Assembly (NCBI GenBank): GCA_964593365.1
Contig: CAZQGQ010000001.1
Span: forward strand, 118,629-176,383
Length of the DNA stretch: 57,755 bases
Direction: 5' to 3'
From: an uncultured Candidatus Saccharibacteria bacterium
GTDB taxonomy: Bacteria > Patescibacteriota > Minisyncoccia > Phycocordibacterales > Phycocordibacteraceae
Shown here: positions 1 to 7,817 of the stretch, piece by piece
How the letters are laid out: the number at the start of each line of letters is the position of its first letter
Position numbering within the stretch: the stretch's first letter is position 1
Position numbers and translations under genes: made by a program
The notes under the pieces: generated by a model
The model's database searches: none
What the model was told of the DNA's origin: nothing
The model's input: only the letters and a program-made list of their open reading frames with translations

Positions 1-1
1 G

Positions 2-529
2 GTCGCTAACACCAAGTTCCGCGGCGAAGTCTCCGGAGGAGGTAAGAAGCCATGGAAGCAAAAGGGAACGGGACGCGCCCGTCACGGATCTAACCGCTCA
101 CCGATCTGGGTAGGCGGCGGAACGACCCACGGACCTCGCGCGGAGCGCGATTACTCGGTGAAGATCAACCGCAAGATGCGCGCAGCTGCGTTCATGTCGC
201 TTCTTTCTCGCAAGTACCGCGACGGTGAGGTCATTTTCGTCGACAAGCTTTCATTCGGCTCTCCAAAGACCAAGGACGCACGGGCAGCGCTCGTTGCAAT
301 CGCTAAGGGAGCAGGCGCAGACACGCTTATGACCAAGCGCACCAACGCAGCGATCATCGCATTCGCTACCAAGGATACGATTGCTGAGAAGTCCCTTCGC
401 AACATGGGCAACATCGAGACGCAGGAAGTACGAAACTTGAACTCAGTAGACCTGGTTTCGAAGAAGTACCTTGTGATCACGGAACCTGCAGCTGCCTTCA
501 AGACACTCGCAGCACGCCTCACCAAATAA
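2..529 (+). CDS. rplD: 50S ribosomal protein L4 (5' end cut by window edge)
   Basis: The frame is open from nt 2. The translation VANTKFRGEVSGGGKKPWKQKGTGRARHGSNRSPIWVGGGTTHGP carries the L4 signature. Track ORF 158..529 is only its internal GTG-to-stop part. L23 and L2 follow in canonical order. Confidence 0.9.
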   Translation, partial: VANTKFRGEVSGGGKKPWKQKGTGRARHGSNRSPIWVGGGTTHGPRAERDYSVKINRKMRAAAFMSLLSRKYRDGEVIFVDKLSFGSPKTKDARAALVAIAKGAGADTLMTKRTNAAIIAFATKDTIAEKSLRNMGNIETQEVRNLNSVDLVSKKYLVITEPAAAFKTLAARLTK

Positions 530-532
530 CGT

Positions 533-904
533 ATGGCACTTTTCAAAACAACAAAGAAGACAACCAAGAGCGCGAAGGCGAAGGCTCCTGCAAAGGCGTC
601 CAAAGAGATCCGCGACGTAAGCGGCCGCCTCGAGAACGTGTTGAAAGCTCCGTGGCTTTCTGAGAAGGCCCTTATCGGAACTGAGAAAGGCATCTATGTC
701 TTTGCGGTCCCGCCTGAGGCTACCAAGAAGGACATCGCGCAGGCAGTCGAGAAGATCTACAAGGTGACCCCAAAGAAGATCTCAGTCGTGAACCTCCCAG
801 GCAAGCGAAAGCCGATGCGCTCCAAGCGCGGATTCGGACGCCGAGCTGCTCGCCATAAGGCGTACGTGCACCTCAAGAAGGGTGACACCATCCAGTTTGC
901 ATAA
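533..904 (+). CDS. rplW: 50S ribosomal protein L23
   Basis: 123 aa with an L23 core (WLSEKALIGTEKGIYVFAVPPEATKKDIAQAVEKIYKV...VNLPGKRK). Sits in the position between L4 and L2. Has a Lys/Ala-rich N-terminal extension of ~25 aa. Confidence 0.92.
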   Translation: MALFKTTKKTTKSAKAKAPAKASKEIRDVSGRLENVLKAPWLSEKALIGTEKGIYVFAVPPEATKKDIAQAVEKIYKVTPKKISVVNLPGKRKPMRSKRGFGRRAARHKAYVHLKKGDTIQFA

Positions 905-909
905 ACCGT

Positions 910-1755
910 ATGAAAACCTACAAACCAACAACCAAGAGTCGTCGCAACATGAGCACGCTTCCGTACCGGGAGCTTCTCTCGGGCGATAAGCCCCATAAGC
1001 AGCTCTTGAAGTTCAAGAAGAGCCAGTCAGGACGCAACGCGTTCGGACGCATCACCACCCGCCACCAGGGAGGAGGTCATAAGAAGCGCCTTCGCAACGT
1101 CGACTTCACCTACGACAAGAAGAACATCCCGGCTAAAGTCGAGACCATCGAATACGATCCGTACCGAACAGGCTTTATCGCGCTTGCACTCTACGCAGAC
1201 GGCGAGCGCCGCTATGTCCTTGCTCCTAAGGACCTCAAGGTCGGCGATTCGTTCATCGTCTCAGAAGACGCGCCAATCAAGGTAGGTAACCGCCTCCCGC
1301 TCTCTAAGATTCCGTCTGGCACCTTCGTCTACAACGTCGAGCTAAAGCCTAACGGCGGCAGCCGCCTCGCGCGCTCAGCTGGAAACTACGTCGAGATCGT
1401 CGCGCATGACGCAGGATTCGCGCAGCTGAAGCTTCCTTCAAGCGAGATCCGAAAGGTTCCTGCAACCTCATGGGCTTCAGTTGGTGCTGTGGGCAACGAG
1501 AACAGCCGCCTCGTGAAGTTCGGTAAGGCAGGACGCTCTCGCTGGATGGGTATTCGCCCAACCGTTCGTGGTACTGCCATGAACCCAGTCGACCACCCAC
1601 ACGGCGGTGGAGAAGGACGCCAGGGCCGCGGTCTCCGACGCGCAAAATCGATGTGGGGCAAGCCAACCGGCAAGGGACAGAAGACCCGCACGCCGAAGAA
1701 ATACTCGAACGTATTCATCGTGTCTCGCCGCAAGGTCGGAAAGAAGGGCAAGTAA
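910..1755 (+). CDS. rplB: 50S ribosomal protein L2
   Basis: 281 aa with the signature RGTAMNPVDHPHGGGEGR and a typical basic C-terminus. Confidence 0.98.
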   Translation: MKTYKPTTKSRRNMSTLPYRELLSGDKPHKQLLKFKKSQSGRNAFGRITTRHQGGGHKKRLRNVDFTYDKKNIPAKVETIEYDPYRTGFIALALYADGERRYVLAPKDLKVGDSFIVSEDAPIKVGNRLPLSKIPSGTFVYNVELKPNGGSRLARSAGNYVEIVAHDAGFAQLKLPSSEIRKVPATSWASVGAVGNENSRLVKFGKAGRSRWMGIRPTVRGTAMNPVDHPHGGGEGRQGRGLRRAKSMWGKPTGKGQKTRTPKKYSNVFIVSRRKVGKKGK

Positions 1756-1771
1756 GAAAGAACTCTTTTGT

Positions 1772-1806
1772 AAAACAGCGCCACCACGGCGCTGTTTTGC
1801 TTTTAT
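1772..1806 (+). terminator. intrinsic terminator after rplB
   Basis: Perfect 11-bp stem AAAACAGCGCC / GGCGCTGTTTT with a 5-nt loop, followed by a T-rich tract (GCTTTTATT). Confidence 0.7.
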
Positions 1807-1863
1807 TCGTGCTCTCTGTCTATACTCTTTTCACAGGGTCAACGGAAGAGGGAGTAACATCCA

Positions 1864-2115
1864 ATGCAAACCGTCAAGATCGAGAAGCAAAACGGAATCG
1901 ACGTCTTCGTGCTCGGGGAACTTATCTTCGAGTGCGCACCAACGAAGCTCCTCTACGAGGAAGACAAGGGCAACGAGACGTTCTCGTTCGCCCGACACCT
2001 TCCTTTCGGATCCTACTTCCACATGACCGACGCGGGAGCGAAGAAGCTCATCGCCTGGGTGGAGGATCAGAAAACTGGAGAAGAACTGGTGCTGACACGA
2101 GTCGTGACCGCGTAG
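1864..2115 (+). CDS. hypothetical protein (83 aa)
   Basis: ORF with a GAGGGAG purine tract ~9 nt upstream of the ATG and TATACT at 1821-1826. Bounded by terminators on both sides. No recognisable motif. Confidence 0.45.
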   Translation: MQTVKIEKQNGIDVFVLGELIFECAPTKLLYEEDKGNETFSFARHLPFGSYFHMTDAGAKKLIAWVEDQKTGEELVLTRVVTA

Positions 2116-2141
2116 CTCACTCGCCGCCGCCTGTAGCAACT

Positions 2142-2170
2142 TTCGCCCGCCGTCAAACGCGGGCGAATCT
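2142..2170. terminator. bidirectional hairpin between convergent genes
   Basis: TTCGCCCGC ... GCGGGCGAA stem followed by TCTTTTTA. Lies between the stop of 1864..2115 (+) and the stop of 2173..2958 (-). Confidence 0.55.
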
Positions 2171-2172
2171 TT

Positions 2173-2958
2173 TTATCGATACTCCGCTTTCAAGATGTGC
2201 GAGAGCTCGGTGCGAGGAATGGAAAGCTCTTGCGTGCCGATGACCCACGGACCCACCTGGTACGGGGAGAACACAATTACGAGCGTACTTCCTTCAAGGT
2301 AAAAGGTCTGGAAATTCTCGACAGCAGGCTCCGTACCAGTCTCTATATAGGCCGTATCAGCCTCCTCGACACTCGTGCCGCCCTTTGCGGCGATGATGCC
2401 TGGAAGGTCCCTTCGAGCGATGTCAGAGAGAGCGCCGAGGTACGCTGCGTCGTCGGCAAATAGGTCAGCAATCGAAAGTTCGAATCCAGTTTCCCGATCA
2501 AAGGTGAACGAGCGATGGTAGCCGTTTGGATGTGCGCCCAAGGTATCGACGAACACGTCGAAGACATAGGAAACGGTGCGGGGCGAGGTGTACACATGGT
2601 ACTCGCTTGCGTACGCGAACTTACGTTCCTCGCCAAGTCCCCACATCTCGATATCTTCTGGCGTAAGAGAATTCAATCTGCTGTTTTCTTTGAAGCTTAT
2701 GATTTCGGTTTCAATAAACGTGCGCATGATGCCGATCGCTGCTGCGTTTGCGCTTCCAAGGAGGATCGTCTTCCCTGGATACTTCGCGTCTATGTCGTAG
2801 TAGGTTCCCGACTCGGTTACAAACTCAGTCGCCTGCACCTCCTCTCCTGGGGAGATGGTGGGCGTTCCTGCAGGGCGAGAGAGCACGAACCAAAAGGCAA
2901 GGCCTGCAAGAATAAGTATCAAAAGCGGGATAAGGAGCTTCGCGGGGTTCTTAGTCAT
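2173..2958 (-). CDS. membrane-anchored DUF3298/DUF4163-like (RsiV/PdaC-type) domain protein
   Basis: 261 aa with an N-terminal TM segment (LLIPLLILILAGLAFWFVL). Motifs TLGAHPNGYHRSFTFDRETGFELSIADLF and FSPYQVGPWVIGTQELSIP resemble that family. The family call comes from memory of motifs only. Confidence 0.6.
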   Translation of the reverse strand: MTKNPAKLLIPLLILILAGLAFWFVLSRPAGTPTISPGEEVQATEFVTESGTYYDIDAKYPGKTILLGSANAAAIGIMRTFIETEIISFKENSRLNSLTPEDIEMWGLGEERKFAYASEYHVYTSPRTVSYVFDVFVDTLGAHPNGYHRSFTFDRETGFELSIADLFADDAAYLGALSDIARRDLPGIIAAKGGTSVEEADTAYIETGTEPAVENFQTFYLEGSTLVIVFSPYQVGPWVIGTQELSIPRTELSHILKAEYR

Positions 2959-3021
2959 ACGCCCTATGATACCCCGCCTTACCCTAAGACTCCTGTGAAG
3001 CTATGGGAAAAAGCTCTTCGT

Positions 3022-3050
3022 TTGACACTCCGGCCTATTTACTATAGATT
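3022..3050 (+). promoter_or_regulatory. candidate sigma70-type promoter of the S19 sub-operon
   Basis: TTGACA at 3022-3027, then 17 nt, then TAGATT at 3045-3050. An alternative -10 is TATAGA with a 15-nt spacer. Confidence 0.35.
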
Positions 3051-3058
3051 TCACCTAT

Positions 3059-3080
3059 CTCGCGCCTAGCGCGGGCTTTT
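3059..3080 (+). promoter_or_regulatory. leader hairpin plus T-run just upstream of rpsS
   Basis: CTCGCGC-cta-GCGCGGG forms 7 bp (one G.U), followed by CTTTT and ending 8 nt before the rpsS ATG (3088). Confidence 0.3.
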
Positions 3081-3087
3081 AATTGTC

Positions 3088-3438
3088 ATGTCTCGCTCAC
3101 TCAAGAAAGGCCCTTACGTGGACGTCAAACTCCTCAAGAAGGTCAAAGACAAGAAACCAGCTTCTGCTGGGGTTATTAAGACGTGGGCACGTCGTTCCCA
3201 GATTCCTCCGGAGTTCATCGGGTTCACGTTCGGCGTCCATAACGGCAAAGCCTTCATCGAAGTCCTCATTACTGAGGACATGGTCGGGCACCGCCTTGGC
3301 GAATTCTCTGCAACGAAGAAATTCATCCGTCACGGAGGAAAGATGCAGAAGGAACTTGAGCAGAAGAAGAAGGAGTCTGAGATAGCGGCAGCAAAAGCCA
3401 CCAAGGAACCTGCGGCAGCGCCAAAGGCCAAGAAATAA
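3088..3438 (+). CDS. rpsS: 30S ribosomal protein S19
   Basis: Starts [12 protein letters not shown] and contains [35 protein letters not shown]. Has a Lys/Ala/Glu-rich C-terminal tail of ~25 aa. Confidence 0.97.
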   Translation: MSRSLKKGPYVDVKLLKKVKDKKPASAGVIKTWARRSQIPPEFIGFTFGVHNGKAFIEVLITEDMVGHRLGEFSATKKFIRHGGKMQKELEQKKKESEIAAAKATKEPAAAPKAKK

Positions 3439-3441
3439 AAT

Positions 3442-3777
3442 ATGAAAGCTGAACTTACAAGCCATAACCAGACGCCGCGCAAAGTGCGCCTCGTCACCAA
3501 CCTTGTCAAAGGCAAGCGCGTTCAGGACGCCCTTGCAGCTCTTACCTTTCTTCCAAAGCGCGCATCGCTTCCTATCAAGAAGCTCATCGAGTCAGCCGTT
3601 GCAAACGCAAAGCAGAAGGGAGAAAAGCCAGAAGATCTCGTCGTTAAGAACATCACCGTCGATACCGCCGGAATGCTCGTTAAGTACATGCCCCGCGCCA
3701 TGGGACGTGCCGCACCCATCCGCCACCGCAAGAGCCAGGTGAAAGTCGAGCTGGCCGTAGCAGCCCCGAAGAAATAA
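3442..3777 (+). CDS. rplV: 50S ribosomal protein L22
   Basis: 111 aa containing TPRKVRLVTNLVKGKRVQDALAALTFLPKRASLPIKKLIESAVANA. Canonical position. Confidence 0.96.
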   Translation: MKAELTSHNQTPRKVRLVTNLVKGKRVQDALAALTFLPKRASLPIKKLIESAVANAKQKGEKPEDLVVKNITVDTAGMLVKYMPRAMGRAAPIRHRKSQVKVELAVAAPKK

Positions 3778-3784
3778 TTTTCAT

Positions 3785-4489
3785 ATGACTCACACCGTAC
3801 ATCCCTACGCACACCGCCTTGGTATCATCCGTGATTGGAAGAGCCGCTGGTTCGCTGCGTCCAAGAAGGACTACCGCGAGAACATCATCGTGGACCAGAC
3901 GGTCCGCACCTATCTTGCTAAGAAGCTCCGCAGCATGCACGTCGCTGAGATCGAGATCGAGCGTTCGGCAAACGAGGTCCGTGTCCTCATCCACACCGCG
4001 CGCCCAGGACTCGTCATCGGCCGCTCAGGAGAAAACGCAACGAAGCTCCGCAAGGAACTCACTGACGTTATCCGCAGGGTAGCGCCTACCCACAACCGCC
4101 AGGTGAAGCTCGACATCATGGAGATCCGCCAGCCGGAAACCAACGCCGCTGTCGTTGCATTCATGGTTTCAGAAGGACTCGAGAAGCGCCTTCCATTCCG
4201 CCGCGTCTTGAAGGGAACCGTCGAGAAGGTCATGGCCGTTCGCGAAGTCATCGGTGTTCGCATCGTCATCTCCGGACGCCTTGGCGGGGCAGACATGAGC
4301 CGTACCGAGCAGATCAAGAAGGGACGCATTCCGCTTCAGACCTTCCGCGCAAACATCAACTACTCGCACCAGGAGGCACACCTTCCCTACGGCCAGATCG
4401 GCATCAAGGTATGGATCTACTTGGGCGACACCTTCGGCGAGCAGTCTCCAGGTCGCGCTGCCGCTCCTGCCGCACGTCAAACCACCTAA
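3785..4489 (+). CDS. rpsC: 30S ribosomal protein S3
   Basis: 234 aa. Starts with VHPYAHRLGIIRDWKSRWFA, and a KH-domain region follows. Confidence 0.97.
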   Translation: MTHTVHPYAHRLGIIRDWKSRWFAASKKDYRENIIVDQTVRTYLAKKLRSMHVAEIEIERSANEVRVLIHTARPGLVIGRSGENATKLRKELTDVIRRVAPTHNRQVKLDIMEIRQPETNAAVVAFMVSEGLEKRLPFRRVLKGTVEKVMAVREVIGVRIVISGRLGGADMSRTEQIKKGRIPLQTFRANINYSHQEAHLPYGQIGIKVWIYLGDTFGEQSPGRAAAPAARQTT

Positions 4490-4491
4490 TT

Positions 4492-4911
4492 ATGTTGTTT
4501 CCTAAAAAAGTAAAGCACCGAAAGTGGCAGACCGGACGAAAGAGCCCGGAGAAGCTCGCGCGTCCTGAGACTCGCGGCACGACCGTTTCGTTCGGTTCAC
4601 ACGGCATGAAGGCAACGACCGCGCATCGCGTGACCTCAAACCAGATCGAGGCAGCTCGAAAGGTATTGACGCGCGTTACCGGAAAAGGAGGCAAGCTCTG
4701 GATCCGCATCTTCCCTGACCGACCGATCACCCAGAAGGCAGCTGGTCTTAAGATGGGTAAGGGAAAGGGAGACCCTGACCACTTCGTCTTTGAAGTGCGC
4801 CCAGGACGCGTCCTCTTCGAGCTTGATGGCGTTGCTGACGCAGCCGCTCGCGACGCTATGCGCCGCGCAGGTGCCAAGCTTCCCGTGAAGACCACCGTCG
4901 TCACCCGATAA
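4492..4911 (+). CDS. rplP: 50S ribosomal protein L16
   Basis: Starts MLFPKKVKHRKWQTGR... at the ATG 2 nt after the S3 stop. Track ORF 4411..4911 is an upstream in-frame over-extension that overlaps S3. Confidence 0.95.
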   Translation: MLFPKKVKHRKWQTGRKSPEKLARPETRGTTVSFGSHGMKATTAHRVTSNQIEAARKVLTRVTGKGGKLWIRIFPDRPITQKAAGLKMGKGKGDPDHFVFEVRPGRVLFELDGVADAAARDAMRRAGAKLPVKTTVVTR

Positions 4912-4915
4912 TCCT

Positions 4916-5113
4916 ATGGCTACCAAGAAAACAACATTCACCGACAAGTCCAAGGAAGAGCTCGTAAAGCTTCTCTCCGAAAAGCGCGAGGAACTCCGTA
5001 AGCTTCGCTTTGAGGCTGCCGGTTCTCGTCCCAAGGACAGCAATGCGCCAGCTAAGGTCCGCAAGGATATCGCTCGCATCATGACGCAACTTTCCGCACT
5101 CACGCGCGCATAA
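4916..5113 (+). CDS. rpmC: 50S ribosomal protein L29
   Basis: 65 aa with the helical motif ELVKLLSEKREELRKLRFEAA. Canonical position. Confidence 0.93.
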   Translation: MATKKTTFTDKSKEELVKLLSEKREELRKLRFEAAGSRPKDSNAPAKVRKDIARIMTQLSALTRA

Positions 5114-5122
5114 AACATTTAT

Positions 5123-5362
5123 ATGGAACCAAAACTTACACCACAGACATTCAAGGGCGTCGTCGTTAAAACGGCGATGAAGGACACGGCTACCGTCGCG
5201 GTTTCCCGCTACGTGAAGCATGCCAAGTACAAGAAGTACCAGGTACGCACCAAGAAGTATCTCGTCCATGACGAAGGGAACACGGTGCAGGTTGGCGACA
5301 AGGTAACGATCGTCGGCTGCCGCCCCATCTCTAAGATGAAGCGCTTCAAGATCTCCAAATAA
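5123..5362 (+). CDS. rpsQ: 30S ribosomal protein S17
   Basis: 79 aa containing FKGVVVKTAMKDTATVAVSRYVKHAKYKKY...VGDKVTIVGCRPISKMKRF. Confidence 0.95.
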   Translation: MEPKLTPQTFKGVVVKTAMKDTATVAVSRYVKHAKYKKYQVRTKKYLVHDEGNTVQVGDKVTIVGCRPISKMKRFKISK

Positions 5363-5365
5363 TTT

Positions 5366-5743
5366 ATGATTCACGACCGCTCAATCGTCACTGTTGCAGA
5401 TAACTCAGGCGCCAAGATAGGACGCGTGTTCAAGGTGCTTGGTGGTTCAAAGCGACGCTACGCGGGCCTTGGAGACGTCGTTGTTATCTCAATCCAGACG
5501 GCAGAACCCCGCAAGGCAACCAAGAAGAAGGATGTGGTGAAGGCAGTCATTGTGCGCACCAAGAAAGCATTCCGACGCGCTAACGGCTCGTACATCTCCT
5601 TTGACGACAACGCCGTTGTCATCATCGAGAAGCAGGGTAAGGAGATGGGACCTCGCGGTAACCGCGTCTTCGGTCCTGTCGCTCGCGAGCTCACGGAGCG
5701 CGGCTGGCAGAACGTTGCGTCGCTAGCCCCTGAGATCGTCTAA
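5366..5743 (+). CDS. rplN: 50S ribosomal protein L14
   Basis: 125 aa containing VADNSGAKIGRVFKVLGGSKRRYAGLGDVVV...GPRGNRVFGPVAREL. Confidence 0.97.
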   Translation: MIHDRSIVTVADNSGAKIGRVFKVLGGSKRRYAGLGDVVVISIQTAEPRKATKKKDVVKAVIVRTKKAFRRANGSYISFDDNAVVIIEKQGKEMGPRGNRVFGPVARELTERGWQNVASLAPEIV

Positions 5744-5744
5744 T

Positions 5745-6143
5745 ATGAAAAAATTCACCGACACCAAGCAGAAGTCATACGCCTCCCGCAAGAAGCGCAT
5801 GCAGCGCATCTCGCTCCAGAAGGTTGCGAAGATGAAAATCAAGAAAGGCGACACCGTTGTTGTCGTGAGCGGCAAGGACAAGGGCAAGCAGGGAGAGATC
5901 GTCCGCGTTATCAAGAGTGAGAACCGCGTCGTCATCGACGGCGTTGCCATGATCAAGCGCTCGGTCCGCAAGACCGGCCGCGGGCAGTCAGGCCGCATCG
6001 TCGAGCGCCCAGCATCCATCCACGCTTCAAACGTCATGCTCCTCGATCCTGAGAGCAAGAAGCCGACCCGCGTCGGACGCTCAGTCGGTAAGGACGGCAA
6101 GCGCGTTCGCGTCACGAAGAAGAGCACGTCGACCCTCAAGTAA
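5745..6143 (+). CDS. rplX: 50S ribosomal protein L24 (possible basic N-terminal extension; alternative start 5832)
   Basis: KOW core MKIKKGDTVVVVSGKDKGKQGEIVRV. The ORF is open back to an ATG 1 nt after the L14 stop, which matches the tight coupling of the cluster. The internal ATG at 5832 would give a canonical ~103-aa L24. Confidence 0.85.
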   Translation: MKKFTDTKQKSYASRKKRMQRISLQKVAKMKIKKGDTVVVVSGKDKGKQGEIVRVIKSENRVVIDGVAMIKRSVRKTGRGQSGRIVERPASIHASNVMLLDPESKKPTRVGRSVGKDGKRVRVTKKSTSTLK

Positions 6144-6149
6144 TTTCCT

Positions 6150-6683
6150 ATGATGCTTTCAAAACAAAAACAGCAGACCGCCTTCGAAGCCCTTTCGGCA
6201 GACCAAGGATACAAGAACCGCATGCGCGCCCCGCGCATCGAGAAGATTGTCATCTCTTCCGGAACCGGAAAGGCAAAGGACAAGAAGCGAAACGAACTCG
6301 TCGCTGAGAAGCTCGCGCTCATCACCGGACAAAAGGCGTCTCCACGACCATCCAAGACCTCAATCGCACAGTTCAAGATGCGCGAAGGAGATATCGTCGG
6401 ATTCCAGGTAACGCTTCGCGGTGCTCGCATGTTCGACTTCCTCGACAAGCTCATCCATATCGCGCTTCCTCGTACTCGCGACTTCCGCGGCATCAGCGAG
6501 ACCGGAGTCGATGAGATGGGCAACATCACGATCGGCATCAAGGAGAACACCATCTTCCCAGAGACCTCAGACGAGGATTTGAAGGATGTGTTTGGGCTTG
6601 CGATCACGATTGTGACTTCCGCTAAGTCAAAGGCAGAAGCGCTCGCGTTCTTCCGCCACCTCGGCATTCCGTTTAAGAAATAG
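6150..6683 (+). CDS. rplE: 50S ribosomal protein L5
   Basis: 177 aa containing RIEKIVISSGTGKA...ITGQKASPRPSKTSIAQFKMREGDIVGFQVTLRG. Confidence 0.97.
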   Translation: MMLSKQKQQTAFEALSADQGYKNRMRAPRIEKIVISSGTGKAKDKKRNELVAEKLALITGQKASPRPSKTSIAQFKMREGDIVGFQVTLRGARMFDFLDKLIHIALPRTRDFRGISETGVDEMGNITIGIKENTIFPETSDEDLKDVFGLAITIVTSAKSKAEALAFFRHLGIPFKK

Positions 6684-6706
6684 AGCCTCTCTAAGGGGTA
6701 CGTACC

Positions 6707-6731
6707 AAAACGCGCCTTCAGGGCGCGTTTT
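6707..6731 (+). terminator. intrinsic terminator after rplE
   Basis: AAAACGCGCC-ttcag-GGCGCGTTTT, a 10-bp stem with A/T arms. Confidence 0.6.
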
Positions 6732-6803
6732 GACAATCGTAATATTCCACCTGTACTGTAGCGCCAGAGGGTTGTTCCTCTGGCTGAAGAGAAAGGTGGG
6801 GAG

Positions 6804-7385
6804 ATGGACTCACACTCCATTTACTCGATCCTAGCGTTCTTAGTTTCAGCCACGGTGTACGTCTTATACATACGAGCGATCCTGCAAGGGAAAGCACAAC
6901 CAACTCTATCGGCTTGGATTTCATTCCTCTTGATAGACATCGCCTTGCTTTTGGCGATGTTGACGAGCGGAGCGGTTCCTGGCCAGATGATTGCGTATGT
7001 ACTAGGTGTTACAGCTGTGATTATCGTGTCTTGGCGAAAAGGCAGTGCGCTCGGGTGGACACGCACCGATACCGTGTGTCTCTCTGGCGTTGTTGTCGCG
7101 ATTGCGCTTTGGGCTCTTCTTCGGAATCCCGACGTTGCCATTGTCGTCAATCTGATCGCGATCACTGTCGGGAGCTACCCGATGTGGATGAATATGTGGA
7201 AAGACCCCAGACGCGAGCCGCTTCTTCCTTGGTGCTTATCTTTGGGAGGAGGTGCGTTCGGCGTCCTTGCTATCAGAGCTTGGACGATAACCGAGGCGGT
7301 GACGCCTGTGACGTTCGTTTGTCTCCAGATATTCACGATTGCCCTCATCCTGCGGAGGTTTCTACGCTCGCAGGCCGTTGCGTAA
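6804..7385 (+). CDS. polytopic integral membrane protein (6-7 TM), function unknown
   Basis: 193 aa and very hydrophobic. Two weakly similar halves (YIRAILQGKAQPTLSAW / YPMWMNMWKDPRREPLLPW) are reminiscent of PQ-loop/SWEET-like repeats. Inserted between rplE and rpsN. Confidence 0.6.
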   Translation: MDSHSIYSILAFLVSATVYVLYIRAILQGKAQPTLSAWISFLLIDIALLLAMLTSGAVPGQMIAYVLGVTAVIIVSWRKGSALGWTRTDTVCLSGVVVAIALWALLRNPDVAIVVNLIAITVGSYPMWMNMWKDPRREPLLPWCLSLGGGAFGVLAIRAWTITEAVTPVTFVCLQIFTIALILRRFLRSQAVA

Positions 7386-7404
7386 ACTACACTTTAAAGC
7401 CTTT

Positions 7405-7465
7405 AACCGCCTTGCAGGGATGGTGCCAGAGATGGCATTTCCCCCTGCGAGGCGGTTGGTTTTTA
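7405..7465 (+). terminator. long hairpin terminator after the membrane-protein gene
   Basis: 15-bp stem AACCGCCTTGCAGGG / CCCTGCGAGGCGGTT (one G.U) capped by an inner TGCCA-gaga-TGGCA hairpin, followed by GGTTTTT. Confidence 0.65.
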
Positions 7466-7482
7466 GGGGAGGGAGCCCCTAT

Positions 7483-7511
7483 TTGACGGCATATATAGGT
7501 GCTGGTACTAT
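7483..7511 (+). promoter_or_regulatory. sigma70-type promoter of the rpsN-secY sub-operon
   Basis: TTGACG, then 17 nt, then TACTAT, with a TGg extended -10 (GCTGGTACTAT). The rpsN ATG is 30 nt downstream. Confidence 0.6.
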
Positions 7512-7540
7512 GACCTCACGCCCAAAGCGGCTTTTTTATT

Positions 7541-7810
7541 ATGGCTAAGACCTCACAACTCGCCCGAAATCGCAAACGAGAGAAACTCGTGGCTAAGTAT
7601 GCTGTAAAGCGTGCTGAGCTTAAGGCGGCTGGCGACTATGAAGGCCTCCAGAAGCTTCCTCGCAATGCTTCTCCAGTCCGTATAAAGAACCGCTGCTCCA
7701 TCTCCGGCCGAGGACGAGGGTACCTGCGCGCATTCGGACTTTCTCGTATCCAGTTCCGCGAGCTCGCTCGCGAAGGAAAGATCCCGGGCGTTAAGAAAGC
7801 CTCTTGGTAA
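7541..7810 (+). CDS. rpsN: 30S ribosomal protein S14 (long, Cys-free type)
   Basis: 89 aa containing [20 protein letters not shown]...[39 protein letters not shown]. Confidence 0.96.
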   Translation: MAKTSQLARNRKREKLVAKYAVKRAELKAAGDYEGLQKLPRNASPVRIKNRCSISGRGRGYLRAFGLSRIQFRELAREGKIPGVKKASW

Positions 7811-7817
7811 TTTTTGT

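Noticed and set aside
1607-2243. ORFs 1607..2026 and 1653..2243 (+) spanning the end of rplB and the small inserted gene.
   Set aside because: They are out of frame with rplB, cross the rplB terminator, and have Arg/Ser-rich composition. The 83-aa ORF 1864..2115, which has an SD-like tract, is the better candidate there.
5723-6820. Very long antisense ORFs: 365 aa at 5723..6820 (-), plus 37748..38962 (+, 404 aa), 26126..27073 (-), 28995..29723 (-), 9083..9694 (-) and 17995..18696 (+).
   Set aside because: Each lies opposite a confidently identified gene (L24/L5, histidine kinase, FtsH, CNNM, S5, IF-3). Their products are low-complexity and Arg/Ser/Pro-rich, as expected from stop-poor antisense frames in GC-rich coding DNA. 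None has a promoter or start context.
7405-7465. The long, structured hairpin upstream of rpsN as a possible riboswitch or r-protein leader.
   Set aside because: It lies upstream of the rpsN promoter (7483-7511) and directly after the membrane-protein stop, and it ends in a T-run. The simplest reading is a strong terminator.
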